Shown here piece after piece: positions 38,520 through 48,126 of a stretch of 64,000 bases of DNA; positions within the stretch are counted from its first letter, which is position 1, and each line of letters begins with the position of its first letter. A program made the position numbers and the translations under genes. The stretch lies in contig CATQGW010000002.1 in the NCBI GenBank assembly GCA_958295515.1, positions 150,332 to 214,331 of the forward strand, written 5' to 3'. Source of the stretch: an uncultured Dehalococcoidia bacterium (lineage in GTDB: Bacteria; Chloroflexota; Dehalococcoidia; Bin125). The notes below the pieces were generated by a model. That model had not been told where the DNA came from, made no database searches, and was given only the letters and a program-made list of their open reading frames with translations.

Positions 38520-41037
38520 GCGTTCGCGCACACGCGCAGGCGGCGGATCGCGCCGCCGCTCTCGCCCGGCCGCCAATTCGAGCGGCTCGGGAAAGACGCT
38601 CGTCATCGTCGAGTCCGGCGCGAAAGCGGACACGATCGGCCGGTTCCTCGGGGACGATTATGTCGTCTCCGCATGCTTCGGCCACATCCGCGATCTGCCC
38701 CGTCGCGCCGCCGAGCGCCCCGCCGCGATCAAAGGCCAACCCTGGGCGGAGTTCGCCGTCGATGTCGACAACGGCTTCGAGCCTCACTACATCGTGCCGC
38801 GCGAGAGCCGCGAACATGTCACGCGCCTGCGCAAAGAACTCAAAGCCGCCGACCACGTACTGCTCGCCACCGACGAAGACCGCGAGGGCGAGTCGATCGG
38901 CTGGCACCTGGTCGAGGTGCTGAAGCCGAACGTGCCTTACGAGCGGATCGTGTTTCACGAGATCACCCAATCGGCGCTCGAGCAGGCGCTCAAAGAGCCG
39001 CGCGAACTCGACCGCAATCTGATCGACGCGCAGGAGTCGCGGCGCATCCTCGATCGCCTCTACGGCTATTCGCTCTCGCCGGTGCTCTGGCGCAAGGTGG
39101 GCCAGGGCGCATCGGCCGGGCGCGTGCAGAGCGTGGCGCTGCGCTTCCTCGTCGAGCGCGAGCGCGAACGAATGGCGTTCGTCAGCGCCGAATACTGGGA
39201 CGCCGAAGCGAGCTTCCGCGTTGAGGACGCGCTGGTGCGCGCCAAACTCACCTCGCTGGGCGGACAACAGCTCGCCTCCTCCACCGCCGATTTCGATCCG
39301 GCGACGGGACAACTCAGCGCATCCGACAAGCGCCACGAGACCGGCGAGACGCTGGCCGCGATCGCGCCCAGCCTGCAAGCCGCCGAATGGCGCGTGGCAG
39401 AAGTGCAGCGTCGCAGCGCCTCACTGCGCCCGCGCGCGCCCTACACGACCTCCACACTCCAGCAGGACGCTTCGAATCGCCTCGGCTTCGCCGCCCGCCG
39501 CACGATGGGCGTCGCCCAGGCTCTCTACCAGGGCAAGGACCTCGGCGCGGAGCGCGTCGGCTTGATCACCTACATGCGCACCGACTCGGTGACGCTCTCC
39601 GACCAGGCGCTCAATCAGGCAGCCGGCTTTGTGCGCGAGCGATTCGGGGCCGATTACGCCAAGCGCAACACCTACACCACTCGCTCGCGCAACGCGCAGG
39701 AGGCGCACGAGGCGATTCGCCCCACCGACATCGCGCGCACGCCTGATTCGCTGCGCGGCCTGCTCGATGACGACGAGTTCCGCGTCTACGACCTGATCTG
39801 GCGGCGCACCGTGGCCAGCCAGATGGCCAGCGCGCGGGTCGAACGCACCTCGGTCACCTTTGAAGCGGCGCTGCCGGATCGCCCCGCCGACGATCCGGCG
39901 CAGATGAGCGCCTCGGGCCAGGTCGTGCTGTTTGACGGCTGGTACCGCGTGCTGCCGCCGCGCTCAGGCGGCGACGACGCAGTGCTACCGCCGCTGACGG
40001 AGGGACAGCCGGCAGCGCTCGAATCGCTCGAACCGAGCGGCCACGAAACCCAGCCGCCCGCCCGCTACACCGAGGCCTCGCTGGTGCGCAAACTCGAAGA
40101 AGACGGACTCGGACGCCCCAGCACCTACGCCGCCGTGATCAGCACGCTCACCCAACGCGAATACGTGAGCCGCAAGGGACAGACGCTGATTCCCACCTTC
40201 CTCGGCTTCGCCGTCACCGACCTGCTCACCCAACACTTCGCCGACCTGGTCAACGCCGAGTTCACAGCGGAGATGGAAGATCAACTCGATCAGATCGCAA
40301 AAGGCGAGACCGACTCCGAGAGTCACCTGTCGGAGTTCTATTTCGGCGCGGACGGTGAGTCGGGGCTGAAGACGCGCGTCGCGGAAAAAATCGACACGAT
40401 CCCCTTCTGGGCGCTGGAACTGAGCGATGACGGCCTGCGCCTGACCGATTCGAACGGAGGCGGCGACCCGGAGCGCGTCGAGGTGCGGGTGCGCGGCGGC
40501 TCCGCATTCCTGCGCCGCGGCGCAGGCGAAAACAGCCGCACCGCGCCGCTCCCGCCCGACCTCGCGCCCGCCGACCTCACCCTGTCGCATGCCGCCGAAA
40601 TGCTCGATCACGCCATGCAGCTGCCGCGCAAGCTGGGACGCCACCCCGAATACGACGACGACGTCTGGCTGATGAACGGGCGGTTCGGTCCCTTCGTGCA
40701 GGTTGGCGAAACATCCCGCAAGCGCGGCGCGCCAAAGCCCCGCCGCGCCTCCGTGCCCAAGGACATGGAGCTCGATGAGGTAACCATCGAGGACGCCATC
40801 GAGTGGCTGCGCTTCCCCAAGTCGCTGGGCGAGCATCCCGAAACAGGCGAAGAGGTCACAGTGCGCCCCGGCCGCTGGGGCCCGTACGTGCAGAGCGGCG
40901 CGGAGCGTCGGAACCTGAAGTCCGAAGACGATCTGGAGACGATCGGACTCAACCGCGCGTTGGAGCTGCTCGCGGAGCCCAAGCGCCCACGCGGCGGCGG
41001 CCGCGGCCGGCGAAGCTCCGGGCGGCGGCGAAGCTAG
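38506..41037 (+). CDS. topA: DNA topoisomerase I
   Basis: TLVIVESGAKADTIGRFLG (Toprim), ATDEDREGESI, active-site region GLITYMRTDS, 843 aa with a basic C-terminal tail. Confidence 0.95.
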   Translation: MSEAKRSRTRAGGGSRRRSRPAANSSGSGKTLVIVESGAKADTIGRFLGDDYVVSACFGHIRDLPRRAAERPAAIKGQPWAEFAVDVDNGFEPHYIVPRESREHVTRLRKELKAADHVLLATDEDREGESIGWHLVEVLKPNVPYERIVFHEITQSALEQALKEPRELDRNLIDAQESRRILDRLYGYSLSPVLWRKVGQGASAGRVQSVALRFLVERERERMAFVSAEYWDAEASFRVEDALVRAKLTSLGGQQLASSTADFDPATGQLSASDKRHETGETLAAIAPSLQAAEWRVAEVQRRSASLRPRAPYTTSTLQQDASNRLGFAARRTMGVAQALYQGKDLGAERVGLITYMRTDSVTLSDQALNQAAGFVRERFGADYAKRNTYTTRSRNAQEAHEAIRPTDIARTPDSLRGLLDDDEFRVYDLIWRRTVASQMASARVERTSVTFEAALPDRPADDPAQMSASGQVVLFDGWYRVLPPRSGGDDAVLPPLTEGQPAALESLEPSGHETQPPARYTEASLVRKLEEDGLGRPSTYAAVISTLTQREYVSRKGQTLIPTFLGFAVTDLLTQHFADLVNAEFTAEMEDQLDQIAKGETDSESHLSEFYFGADGESGLKTRVAEKIDTIPFWALELSDDGLRLTDSNGGGDPERVEVRVRGGSAFLRRGAGENSRTAPLPPDLAPADLTLSHAAEMLDHAMQLPRKLGRHPEYDDDVWLMNGRFGPFVQVGETSRKRGAPKPRRASVPKDMELDEVTIEDAIEWLRFPKSLGEHPETGEEVTVRPGRWGPYVQSGAERRNLKSEDDLETIGLNRALELLAEPKRPRGGGRGRRSSGRRRS

Positions 41038-41675
41038 CCGCCCGGCTGACGCCAGACATGCGCCAAGTCGATCGTGAGGCCAGGCAGAACATCACCGCAG
41101 TCGAGCTGATTCGGCCGCGTGATCTGCTCAGGCTCGCCCTGCTGCTCGCGGTACACCCAGACGCTGTCGCCGAACGGGTCGATCAGCCAGCCCAGCCGCG
41201 CTCCGTTGGCCATCCACTGCCGCATCTTCGTCTGCTGTTGCGAGAGCCGATCCGACGGCGAGCGAACCTCCACGACGAAGTCGGGACAGACCGGCCACGC
41301 TCCTTCATGATCGACCTCAATGCCGGAAAGCCGCTCGTTACTCACCCACGAGACATCAGGAGCGCGGATAGACGTGTCGGCCAAGCGAAACCCAGCGCTC
41401 GACTCGAACGCGGAGCCACGGTCGTCGCCTCCCAAAAGAACCTGTGCGTAAACTCTTCCGCCTCGATCGCTGCTGAGTGGTCCAGGTGGAGGCACGATTT
41501 CCAGCGCTCCTTCCGAGCTGCGTTCGAAGCGCCAGGGATCGTTGAGACTGGAGAGCTCCATCAGGCACTGCTCAGTCAGTTCCCAATGTGTCGGTAATCG
41601 CAGCACGATCGGCGCGTACGGCTCCGATTCGACTGCGATCGCAGCCTCCCTCGGTTTTTCCTGTGTCTGAACCAT
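41034..41675 (-). CDS. Uma2-family (DUF820) restriction-endonuclease-like protein
   Basis: PDFVVEVRSPSD (PD-(D/E)xK core), ...KMRQWMANGARLGWLIDP...VWVYRE. These fit the Uma2 layout as I recall it. An alternative upstream start is at 41753. GC is visibly lower than in the neighbours. Confidence 0.75.
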   Translation of the reverse strand: MVQTQEKPREAAIAVESEPYAPIVLRLPTHWELTEQCLMELSSLNDPWRFERSSEGALEIVPPPGPLSSDRGGRVYAQVLLGGDDRGSAFESSAGFRLADTSIRAPDVSWVSNERLSGIEVDHEGAWPVCPDFVVEVRSPSDRLSQQQTKMRQWMANGARLGWLIDPFGDSVWVYREQQGEPEQITRPNQLDCGDVLPGLTIDLAHVWRQPGG

Positions 41676-41812
41676 GGGCGTACTCCGCTCCAGGACAGTG
41701 TAGTGTTGAAGCAAGTGGCGTAGCGGGCCGTCGTTGACCCATCGTTCCCTCAACCACCGAACTTGAACAGCCCTACCGCGAGACGCTTGACGCCTATCTC
41801 GAGCGCCTGCGC

Positions 41813-42733
41813 GTGAGCCGCGGGCTGTCGCGCCACACGCTGCGCAACTACCGCAGCGACCTCGGCCACTTCCTCGGCTGGCTGGCCGAGCGGGGCATCG
41901 CGCTGCCGACGATGGCGCGGCGCGACTACCGCGGCTATCTGGCCGAACTGCGCGAGACCGGCGTTGCGGAGGGGAGCATTCGGCGGCGCGCGAGCACGAT
42001 CAAGTCGTTCGTGCGGCGGCTGCACCGCGACGGCGAGCTGGCGAGCAATCCGCTCGAACTCGCCGCCACGCCCAAAGCGACGATGCAGCTGCCCAAGTCG
42101 TTATCGACCGGGCAGATCGAAGCGCTGCTCGCCGCACCCGACCGCTCCACGCCGGGCGGCCTGCGCGATCGCGCGATTCTCGATGTGCTCTACAGCTGCG
42201 GGCTGCGCGTCAGCGAGCTGATCGACATGCGGCTCGGCGACTACGACCCCGACGGGATGCTGTTCGTGGTGCGCGGCAAGGGCGGCAAAGAGCGAGCGAC
42301 GCTGCTCGGCGGACCGGCCGAGCGTTCGCTGGAAGACTGGTTGCGAGCGGGGCGTCCAGCGCTGGCCGGCGAGCGCAGCTCCGACTGGCTCTGGCTCAAT
42401 CGCCACGGCGGGCCGCTCTCGGCGCGCGCAGTGCAGCTCCGCGTCCAGCGTTACGCAGCCCAGGCCGGCCTGGGGCGCAACGTCCATCCGCATTTATTGC
42501 GGCACTCATTCGCCACACATATGCTTGACGGCGGCGCCGATCTCCGCGTCGTTCAGGAGCTGTTGGGGCACGCCAGCGTGTCGACCACGCAGCTGTACAC
42601 CCATGTCAGCGAGCACGGCAAGCGAGCCGCGATCGAGGACGCGCTGGACGGGATTTCGGAGCTGCTGCGCGAGCGTCGGTCGCGGCGCACGACGCAGGAC
42701 GACTTGCCGAACGGGGCCGACAACGGGGGTTGA
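41813..42733 (+). CDS. tyrosine recombinase, XerC/XerD family (annotated start probably too short)
   Basis: GLSRHTLRNYRSDLGHFLGWL, GLRVSELIDMRLGD, catalytic HLLRHSFATHML...LGHASVSTTQLYTHV. Confidence 0.85.
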   Translation: MSRGLSRHTLRNYRSDLGHFLGWLAERGIALPTMARRDYRGYLAELRETGVAEGSIRRRASTIKSFVRRLHRDGELASNPLELAATPKATMQLPKSLSTGQIEALLAAPDRSTPGGLRDRAILDVLYSCGLRVSELIDMRLGDYDPDGMLFVVRGKGGKERATLLGGPAERSLEDWLRAGRPALAGERSSDWLWLNRHGGPLSARAVQLRVQRYAAQAGLGRNVHPHLLRHSFATHMLDGGADLRVVQELLGHASVSTTQLYTHVSEHGKRAAIEDALDGISELLRERRSRRTTQDDLPNGADNGG

Positions 42734-42741
42734 GGGCGCGA

Positions 42742-43197
42742 ATGAAGGTGCTGCTGATCGCCGGTCCCAATCTGAATATCCTGGGGCAGCGCCAGCCGGA
42801 AATCTACGGCACGCAAACGCTCGCCGAGATTGAGGAGTTGGTGCGCAAACGCGCCGAGGAGTGGGGCGTCTCGATTCGCCCCTATCACTCGAATCACGAG
42901 GGCGCGATCATCGATTTCATTCAGCAGGAGGGCGGCGCCGACGGGTTGATCATCAATCCCGGCGCGCTCTCGCACTACGGCTACGCGCTGCGCGACGCGA
43001 TCGAGGCATTCGCCGGCGGCAAAATGGAGGTACACCTCAGCAACGTCCACGCCCGCGAGTCGTTCCGCCAGAATCTGGTCACAGCCCCGGTGATGGACGG
43101 CGTCGTCTGCGGTCTGGGCTGGCGCGGCTATCTGGCGGCGCTCGACGCGCTGGTACCGATGCTGCAGGAGCGGGCGCAGAAGCAAGTGAAGCCGTGA
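42742..43197 (+). CDS. aroQ: type II 3-dehydroquinate dehydratase
   Basis: MKVLLIAGPNLNILGQRQPEIYG, HSNHEGAIID, INPGALSHY and EVHLSNVHARE. Confidence 0.95.
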   Translation: MKVLLIAGPNLNILGQRQPEIYGTQTLAEIEELVRKRAEEWGVSIRPYHSNHEGAIIDFIQQEGGADGLIINPGALSHYGYALRDAIEAFAGGKMEVHLSNVHARESFRQNLVTAPVMDGVVCGLGWRGYLAALDALVPMLQERAQKQVKP

Positions 43198-43213
43198 CGG
43201 CGGGCCGGCTCCG

Positions 43214-44296
43214 ATGAGCGAGCGCCTGGACCGAATCCGCACCGCGCTCGATGCGGCGGAGATCGACGCGCTGCTGATCGGCAGCGCCCACAACCGACGC
43301 TACGCCAGCGGCTTCACCGGATCCAACGGCTGGCTGCTGATCAGCCGCGACTACGCCGGTCTGGCGACCGACTTCCGCTACGTCGAACAGGCCGCCGCCG
43401 AGGCGCCGGAGTTCGAGGTCTTTCATTTCCAGGACCGGCTCGCGGCTTGGTGGAAGGACTTCGCCAAGCCGATCGGACGCTGCAAGCTGGGCTTTGAGGC
43501 CGACGAGTTGAGCGTCGCAGCGCACAAGTCGCTGCGCGACGCCAACGCCAAGCTGACGGCCAGCCGACGACCCTCGCTGGTGCAGACCAGCGGCGTCATC
43601 GAGCGAGTCCGCGCGGCCAAGGACGAGCGCGAACTCGACTGCCTGCGCCGCGCGGCGCAGCTGACCGACGCGGCGTTCGCGCACGCGCGCGAGCGCATCC
43701 AGCCCGACTGGAGCGAGCGCCGCACCGCCTGGGAGATCGAGCAGTACGCCCGCACGCACGGCGCGGAGGCGCTGGCCTTCGAGACCATCGTCGCCTCCGG
43801 ACCGTGGGGCGCGCGGCCGCACGCGCGGCCGCGCGAGACCGCCGTCGGCGAGAGCGCGCCGATCATCATCGATATGGGCGTGCGGATCGATGGCTACTGC
43901 GCGGACATGACGCGCACCTTCGTGATCGGCGACGCCGACAACCGCTTCGCCGAGATCTACGACATTGTGCTGGCCGCGCACGACGCGGCAGCGCAGCTGG
44001 TGGAGCCGGGCATGACGGCCAAAGACGCGCACGCGATCGCCTTCAACGTGATCGAGGGCGCGGGCTATGGCGAGCGCTTCGGGCACGGCCTGGGGCACGG
44101 CGTGGGGCTGCAAATCCACGAGTCCCCGCACATCGGCAAGACCTCCGAAGATGTGCTCGTCGAGAACTCCGTCATCACCATCGAGCCGGGCATCTATCTG
44201 CCCGAGTGGGGCGGCGTGCGGATCGAAGACATGGGCGTGCTGACCGCCGACGGCTTCGAGTCATTCACCTCCACACCCAAGCTGCGCATGGGATGA
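43214..44296 (+). CDS. pepP: Xaa-Pro aminopeptidase (M24B)
   Basis: Creatinase-like N-domain, then DMGVRIDGYCADMTRTF, HGLGHGVGLQIHE, VITIEPGIY and GVRIEDM metal ligands. Confidence 0.9.
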   Translation: MSERLDRIRTALDAAEIDALLIGSAHNRRYASGFTGSNGWLLISRDYAGLATDFRYVEQAAAEAPEFEVFHFQDRLAAWWKDFAKPIGRCKLGFEADELSVAAHKSLRDANAKLTASRRPSLVQTSGVIERVRAAKDERELDCLRRAAQLTDAAFAHARERIQPDWSERRTAWEIEQYARTHGAEALAFETIVASGPWGARPHARPRETAVGESAPIIIDMGVRIDGYCADMTRTFVIGDADNRFAEIYDIVLAAHDAAAQLVEPGMTAKDAHAIAFNVIEGAGYGERFGHGLGHGVGLQIHESPHIGKTSEDVLVENSVITIEPGIYLPEWGGVRIEDMGVLTADGFESFTSTPKLRMG

Positions 44297-44318
44297 TCCC
44301 CCCGTGGGTGGAAGCGGG

Positions 44319-44573
44319 ATGATCCGCAAGTTTGCCACTGGCGCCGCGCTGAGCGTCGCGGCAACGCTCGCCCGCAGCGCAGTCCGACACTTGAGCCGCA
44401 GCGCGATCCGAAACTTGATCCGCATCGGCGTAGCCGAAAGTGTGATCGTCGCCGACATTGCGGAAAATCTGGCCTGGGACATCGCGTTCGGAGTGCTGCT
44501 TGCGGTGGTGGTTGACTTGGTCATCGACCGCGCTGTTTCGTGGTGGCAGCGTCGTAAGTCTGCGGAGGCGTGA
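44319..44573 (+). CDS. small hypothetical protein (84 aa, one predicted TM segment)
   Basis: ORF with moderate GC3 periodicity in a lower-GC patch. It has an internal 24-nt direct repeat (RSAVRHLS/RSAIRNLI) and a hydrophobic IAFGVLLAVVVDLVI. I recognise no family. Confidence 0.35.
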   Translation: MIRKFATGAALSVAATLARSAVRHLSRSAIRNLIRIGVAESVIVADIAENLAWDIAFGVLLAVVVDLVIDRAVSWWQRRKSAEA

Positions 44574-44688
44574 TCCACTGGCGCGGCGGCCGACTCGAAA
44601 GACTGCTGCGGTACGCTGACACCAGATCACGAGGCATGATCGCCTGGTGCGGCTTGATCGCACTCACGACAGACAAGGACGGTCCACG

Positions 44689-45255
44689 ATGATCTCGACT
44701 GGCGACCTGAAACGCGGCTTCGTGATCGAGCTCGACGGCGGGCAGTACCAGATCGTCGATTGGGAGCACATCAAGGTGGGGCGCGGTTCCGCGCAGGCGC
44801 GGATCAAGCTGCGCGATGTCCGCGCCGGGCACACGATCGAGCGCACCTTCCAGGCCGGCACCAAATTCCGCCGCATCCGCACCGAGCATCAGACGATGCA
44901 GTACCTCTACCGCGACGGCGACCTGTTCTACTTCATGGACACCGAGTCCTACGAGCAGCAGCCGCTCCCCACCGAGGTGGTTGGGGAAGCGATCAACTTC
45001 ATGGCTGAGAACTCGGAGGTCGAGGTGCTGGTGGTGGGCGAGGAGCCGATCGCCGTCGAGCTCCCCGCCGCCGTCTCGCTGCGGGTGGATGCGAGCGACC
45101 CCGGCGTCAAGGGCGACACCGCCAGCGGCGCGACCAAGCCGGCCACGCTGGAGACGGGGTTGACGGTCAACGTGCCCCTGTTCATCGGCCCCGGCGACAT
45201 GGTCAAGGTCGATACGCGCAGCGGCCAATATCTGGAGCGGGCCGAATCGGCCTGA
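44689..45255 (+). CDS. efp: translation elongation factor P
   Basis: MISTGDLKRGFVIELDGGQYQIVDWEHIKVGRGSAQARIKLRDV...PGVKGDTASGATKPATLETG. Confidence 0.95.
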   Translation: MISTGDLKRGFVIELDGGQYQIVDWEHIKVGRGSAQARIKLRDVRAGHTIERTFQAGTKFRRIRTEHQTMQYLYRDGDLFYFMDTESYEQQPLPTEVVGEAINFMAENSEVEVLVVGEEPIAVELPAAVSLRVDASDPGVKGDTASGATKPATLETGLTVNVPLFIGPGDMVKVDTRSGQYLERAESA

Positions 45256-45268
45256 GCGAAGGCCGGCC

Positions 45269-46579
45269 ATGGCACGACGACGACCGCCGCCCGGTTTCCA
45301 CGCCCGACGCGCACGCAGTCAGGCGCAGTTCGAGCTGCGCGACGAGCCGCCTGCCGCCGTTCCCGAATCTCATCCGGTTGGAGCGGTCGTCTCGCACATC
45401 ACCGCCCTGCTGGAGGCCGACGGGCTGCTGCAGGATCTGTGGGTCGAGGGCGAAGTACGCAACTTCAGCCGCTCCGGCGCAGGACACATCTACTTTCGCC
45501 TGGCCGACGACAGCGCCGCCCTGTCCTGCGTCTTTTTTCGCGGGCGCAACCGCGGCGTCAAGCTCGAACAGGGCGACGAGATTCTGGCGCACGGACAGAT
45601 CGGCATCTACCGCGAGCGCGGCGACCTCCAGCTGCTGGTGGACAGCGTGCAGCCGCGCGGCACGGGCGTGCTCCAGGCCGAGTTTGAGCGGCTGCGCGCG
45701 ATGCTGGACGCCGAAGGGCTGTTCGCGCCCGAGCGCAAACGCGCGCTGCCGCGCTACCCGCAGCGGATCGGCGTGGTCACCTCCGCCGCCGGCGCAGTCT
45801 GGCACGACGTACAGCAGGTACTCGCGCGGCGCTGGCCGTTGGCGACGCTGATCCTCAGTCCCTGCCTCACGCAGGGCGACGGCGCAGCGGAATCGATCGC
45901 CGCTGCGCTCACGGCGTTCGCAGCGCCGGATGCCGGCGATCCGCCGGACGTGATCATCGTCGCCCGCGGCGGCGGCTCACCCGAGGACCTCTGGGCCTAC
46001 AACGAAGAACCGGTCGCACGCGCGATCTTCGCCAGCCCGATCCCCGTCGTCTCCGCGGTGGGGCACGAAACCGACTTCACCATCGCAGATTATGTCGCCG
46101 ATCTGCGCGCGCCCACCCCGTCGGCGGCCGCGGAGATCGTCGCGCCCGACAGCGGCGAGGAGTCAGCGCGCGTGCGCGGGCTGGTCGCCGCCGGTGGGCA
46201 GATCGTCGAGAGCCGTGTGGCTCGGCACCGTCAACGACTGACCGAATCGCAGCGCCGCCTGGCAGTCGCCGCGCCCGATCCGGGTGCGTTGCGGGTGGAG
46301 CTGCACCGCCAGCTGCAGAGCATCGAGCGGCGCGCGTCCACGGCGATGAGCCTGCGCGGCGCAGCGCTGGCGGCCTCGCGCGGTCGTCTGGCGGCGCTCA
46401 ACCCGCTGGCGACGCTGGAGCGGGGGTATGCGATGCTCAGTACCGCCGAAGGCGCGGTGATCGGCTCAGCCGCCGACACTGCGAGCGGCGATCGCCTGCG
46501 AGTGCGCCTGCGCGACGGGACGCTGGGGGCGCTGATCGAATCGGTCGAACTGGGAGGCGAGGCGGATGAACGAGACTGA
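45269..46579 (+). CDS. xseA: exodeoxyribonuclease VII large subunit
   Basis: LWVEGEVRNFSRSGAGHIYFRLAD (OB fold), IGVVTSAAGAVWHD, IIVARGGGSPEDLWAYNEE and PVVSAVGHETDFTIADYVAD. Confidence 0.9.
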   Translation: MARRRPPPGFHARRARSQAQFELRDEPPAAVPESHPVGAVVSHITALLEADGLLQDLWVEGEVRNFSRSGAGHIYFRLADDSAALSCVFFRGRNRGVKLEQGDEILAHGQIGIYRERGDLQLLVDSVQPRGTGVLQAEFERLRAMLDAEGLFAPERKRALPRYPQRIGVVTSAAGAVWHDVQQVLARRWPLATLILSPCLTQGDGAAESIAAALTAFAAPDAGDPPDVIIVARGGGSPEDLWAYNEEPVARAIFASPIPVVSAVGHETDFTIADYVADLRAPTPSAAAEIVAPDSGEESARVRGLVAAGGQIVESRVARHRQRLTESQRRLAVAAPDPGALRVELHRQLQSIERRASTAMSLRGAALAASRGRLAALNPLATLERGYAMLSTAEGAVIGSAADTASGDRLRVRLRDGTLGALIESVELGGEADERD

Positions 46580-46790
46580 GCGGACGCCGAGCGTCGATCC
46601 CGATCTGCCGTTCGAAGAGGTCGTAGGGCGATTGGAGCTGGTGATCGAGCGGCTGGAGAGCGGCGGCCTGTCGCTGGAGCAGATGCTGGAGGCGTACGGG
46701 CAGGGTGTGGCGCTGGGCGCACGAGCGCAGGAGTTGCTGGATCGCGCGCAGCTGCGGATCGAGCAGCTGCAAGCATCGACCGACGAGTAG
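46566..46790 (+). CDS. xseB: exodeoxyribonuclease VII small subunit
   Basis: FEEVVGRLELVIERLESGGLSLEQMLEAYGQGVALGARAQELL, 74 aa. It overlaps the xseA end. Confidence 0.9.
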   Translation: MNETERTPSVDPDLPFEEVVGRLELVIERLESGGLSLEQMLEAYGQGVALGARAQELLDRAQLRIEQLQASTDE

Positions 46791-46795
46791 GCCGG

Positions 46796-47569
46796 GTGAC
46801 GCTGCGCATCGCCTGGTTCGCGTCGGCGCATGGGACCAGCTCGCGCCTGCTGCTCGGCGAAGCGCTGGCGGCAATTGCGGGCAGGCGGCTCGACGCGGAG
46901 ATCGTCTGCGTCTTCTGCAACCGCGAGCGCGGGCAATCGGCCAACACCGATGCGTTCCTCGATGATGTTGAGGCCGCGGGCATTCCCCTGGTCGCAAGCA
47001 GTTCGTTGGCCTGGCGGCGGCGTGTAGGCGGCGATGTCTCCAATCCGCATGGCGAGCTCGCGCCCTGGCGCCGCGATTTCGACGCCGACATCCTCCGACG
47101 CATCCGGCCGTATCAACCGGACATTGCGATGCTGGCCGGCTACATGCTGGTCACCACGGATGTGCTGTGCGAGGCGCTGCCGATGCTCAACCTGCATCCA
47201 GCGCTGCCGGATGGCCCGATCGGCGTCTGGCAGGACGTAATTCACGAGCTGATCGCGACAGGCGCGAGCGAGAGCGGGATGATGCTCCAGCGCATCACCA
47301 CCAAGCTGGATCGCGGCGAGGTAGTCAGCCTCTACCACTACGCAATCCGCGGGCCCGAGTTTGACGCGCTGTGGGCAGCGGGGCAGCCGAACGAGGGCGA
47401 AGAGTCACCGCTCTTCCAAGCGATTCGGGCCGCGGGCGTCGCGCGCGAGTCAATCTTCGTGGTCGAGAGCCTGCGAGCGATCGCGGAGAGGCGGATCGAT
47501 TTCGATGCGCTCAGCGATCCTGTAGATCTCACAGACTTGGTCGAATCGGCGATTGGGCGGCGTGAGTGA
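46796..47569 (+). CDS. formyltransferase-family protein (PurN-like)
   Basis: IAMLAGYMLV...LNLHPALP (N-x-H catalytic motif)...KLDRGEVV. At 257 aa it is longer than classical PurN. Confidence 0.7.
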   Translation: MTLRIAWFASAHGTSSRLLLGEALAAIAGRRLDAEIVCVFCNRERGQSANTDAFLDDVEAAGIPLVASSSLAWRRRVGGDVSNPHGELAPWRRDFDADILRRIRPYQPDIAMLAGYMLVTTDVLCEALPMLNLHPALPDGPIGVWQDVIHELIATGASESGMMLQRITTKLDRGEVVSLYHYAIRGPEFDALWAAGQPNEGEESPLFQAIRAAGVARESIFVVESLRAIAERRIDFDALSDPVDLTDLVESAIGRRE

Positions 47570-47766
47570 CAAAGGTCAGAGAGGCGATCCGCATAGTGGA
47601 GCGAGACGGCTGGCGACTCGTGCGCACACGCGGCAGTCATCGACAGTTCCGGCATCCCGTGAAGCAAGGCACCGTCACAATTCCCGGGCGTCCGAGCCGG
47701 GACCTACCCGACTGGATTTGGCAGAGTATCCTGAGGCAAGCTGGACTGAAGGGAAGGCATCGGTGA
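47566..47766 (+). CDS. hicA: type II toxin HicA (mRNA interferase)
   Basis: MTKVREAIRIVERDGWRLVRTRGSHRQFRHPVKQGTVTIPGRPSRDLP, with the classical GSH catalytic motif and dsRBD-like layout. The GTG overlaps the upstream stop (GTGA). Confidence 0.9.
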   Translation: MTKVREAIRIVERDGWRLVRTRGSHRQFRHPVKQGTVTIPGRPSRDLPDWIWQSILRQAGLKGRHR

Positions 47767-48122
47767 AGCGCTCCTATGCGGTCGTCTTCGAGCGAGCGCC
47801 GAGCAACTACGCGGCGTACTGCCCGGATGTCCTCGGGTGCGTCAGCGTTGGCGACGACTGGCCCGAAATGCTGACGATGATCCGCGAGGCGTTGACCTTC
47901 CACATCGAAGGAATGATGGAACACGGCGAGGCGTTTCCCGAACCTACGATGTCCGTTGCGGACGCGATGTACTACCACTGCGACCTCGTCAGCGAGAGTG
48001 GCGACGAGATCTGGGAAGATGCAGCGCCCGACCCGCCAACGGAGGTGACTGTGGCGATGATCGAAGTCGAGATCCACGTACCTGCGTCGGCAGGTGCGAG
48101 CGCCGCCGCCCTATCCGACTAA
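47763..48122 (+). CDS. hicB: HicB-family antitoxin, paralogue 1
   Basis: SYAVVFERAPSNYAAYCPDVLGCVSVGDDWPEMLTMIREALTFHIEGMMEHGEAFPEP (HicB/UPF0150 N-domain). The GTG overlaps the hicA stop (GTGA). Confidence 0.85.
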   Translation: MKRSYAVVFERAPSNYAAYCPDVLGCVSVGDDWPEMLTMIREALTFHIEGMMEHGEAFPEPTMSVADAMYYHCDLVSESGDEIWEDAAPDPPTEVTVAMIEVEIHVPASAGASAAALSD

Positions 48123-48126
48123 CGCG

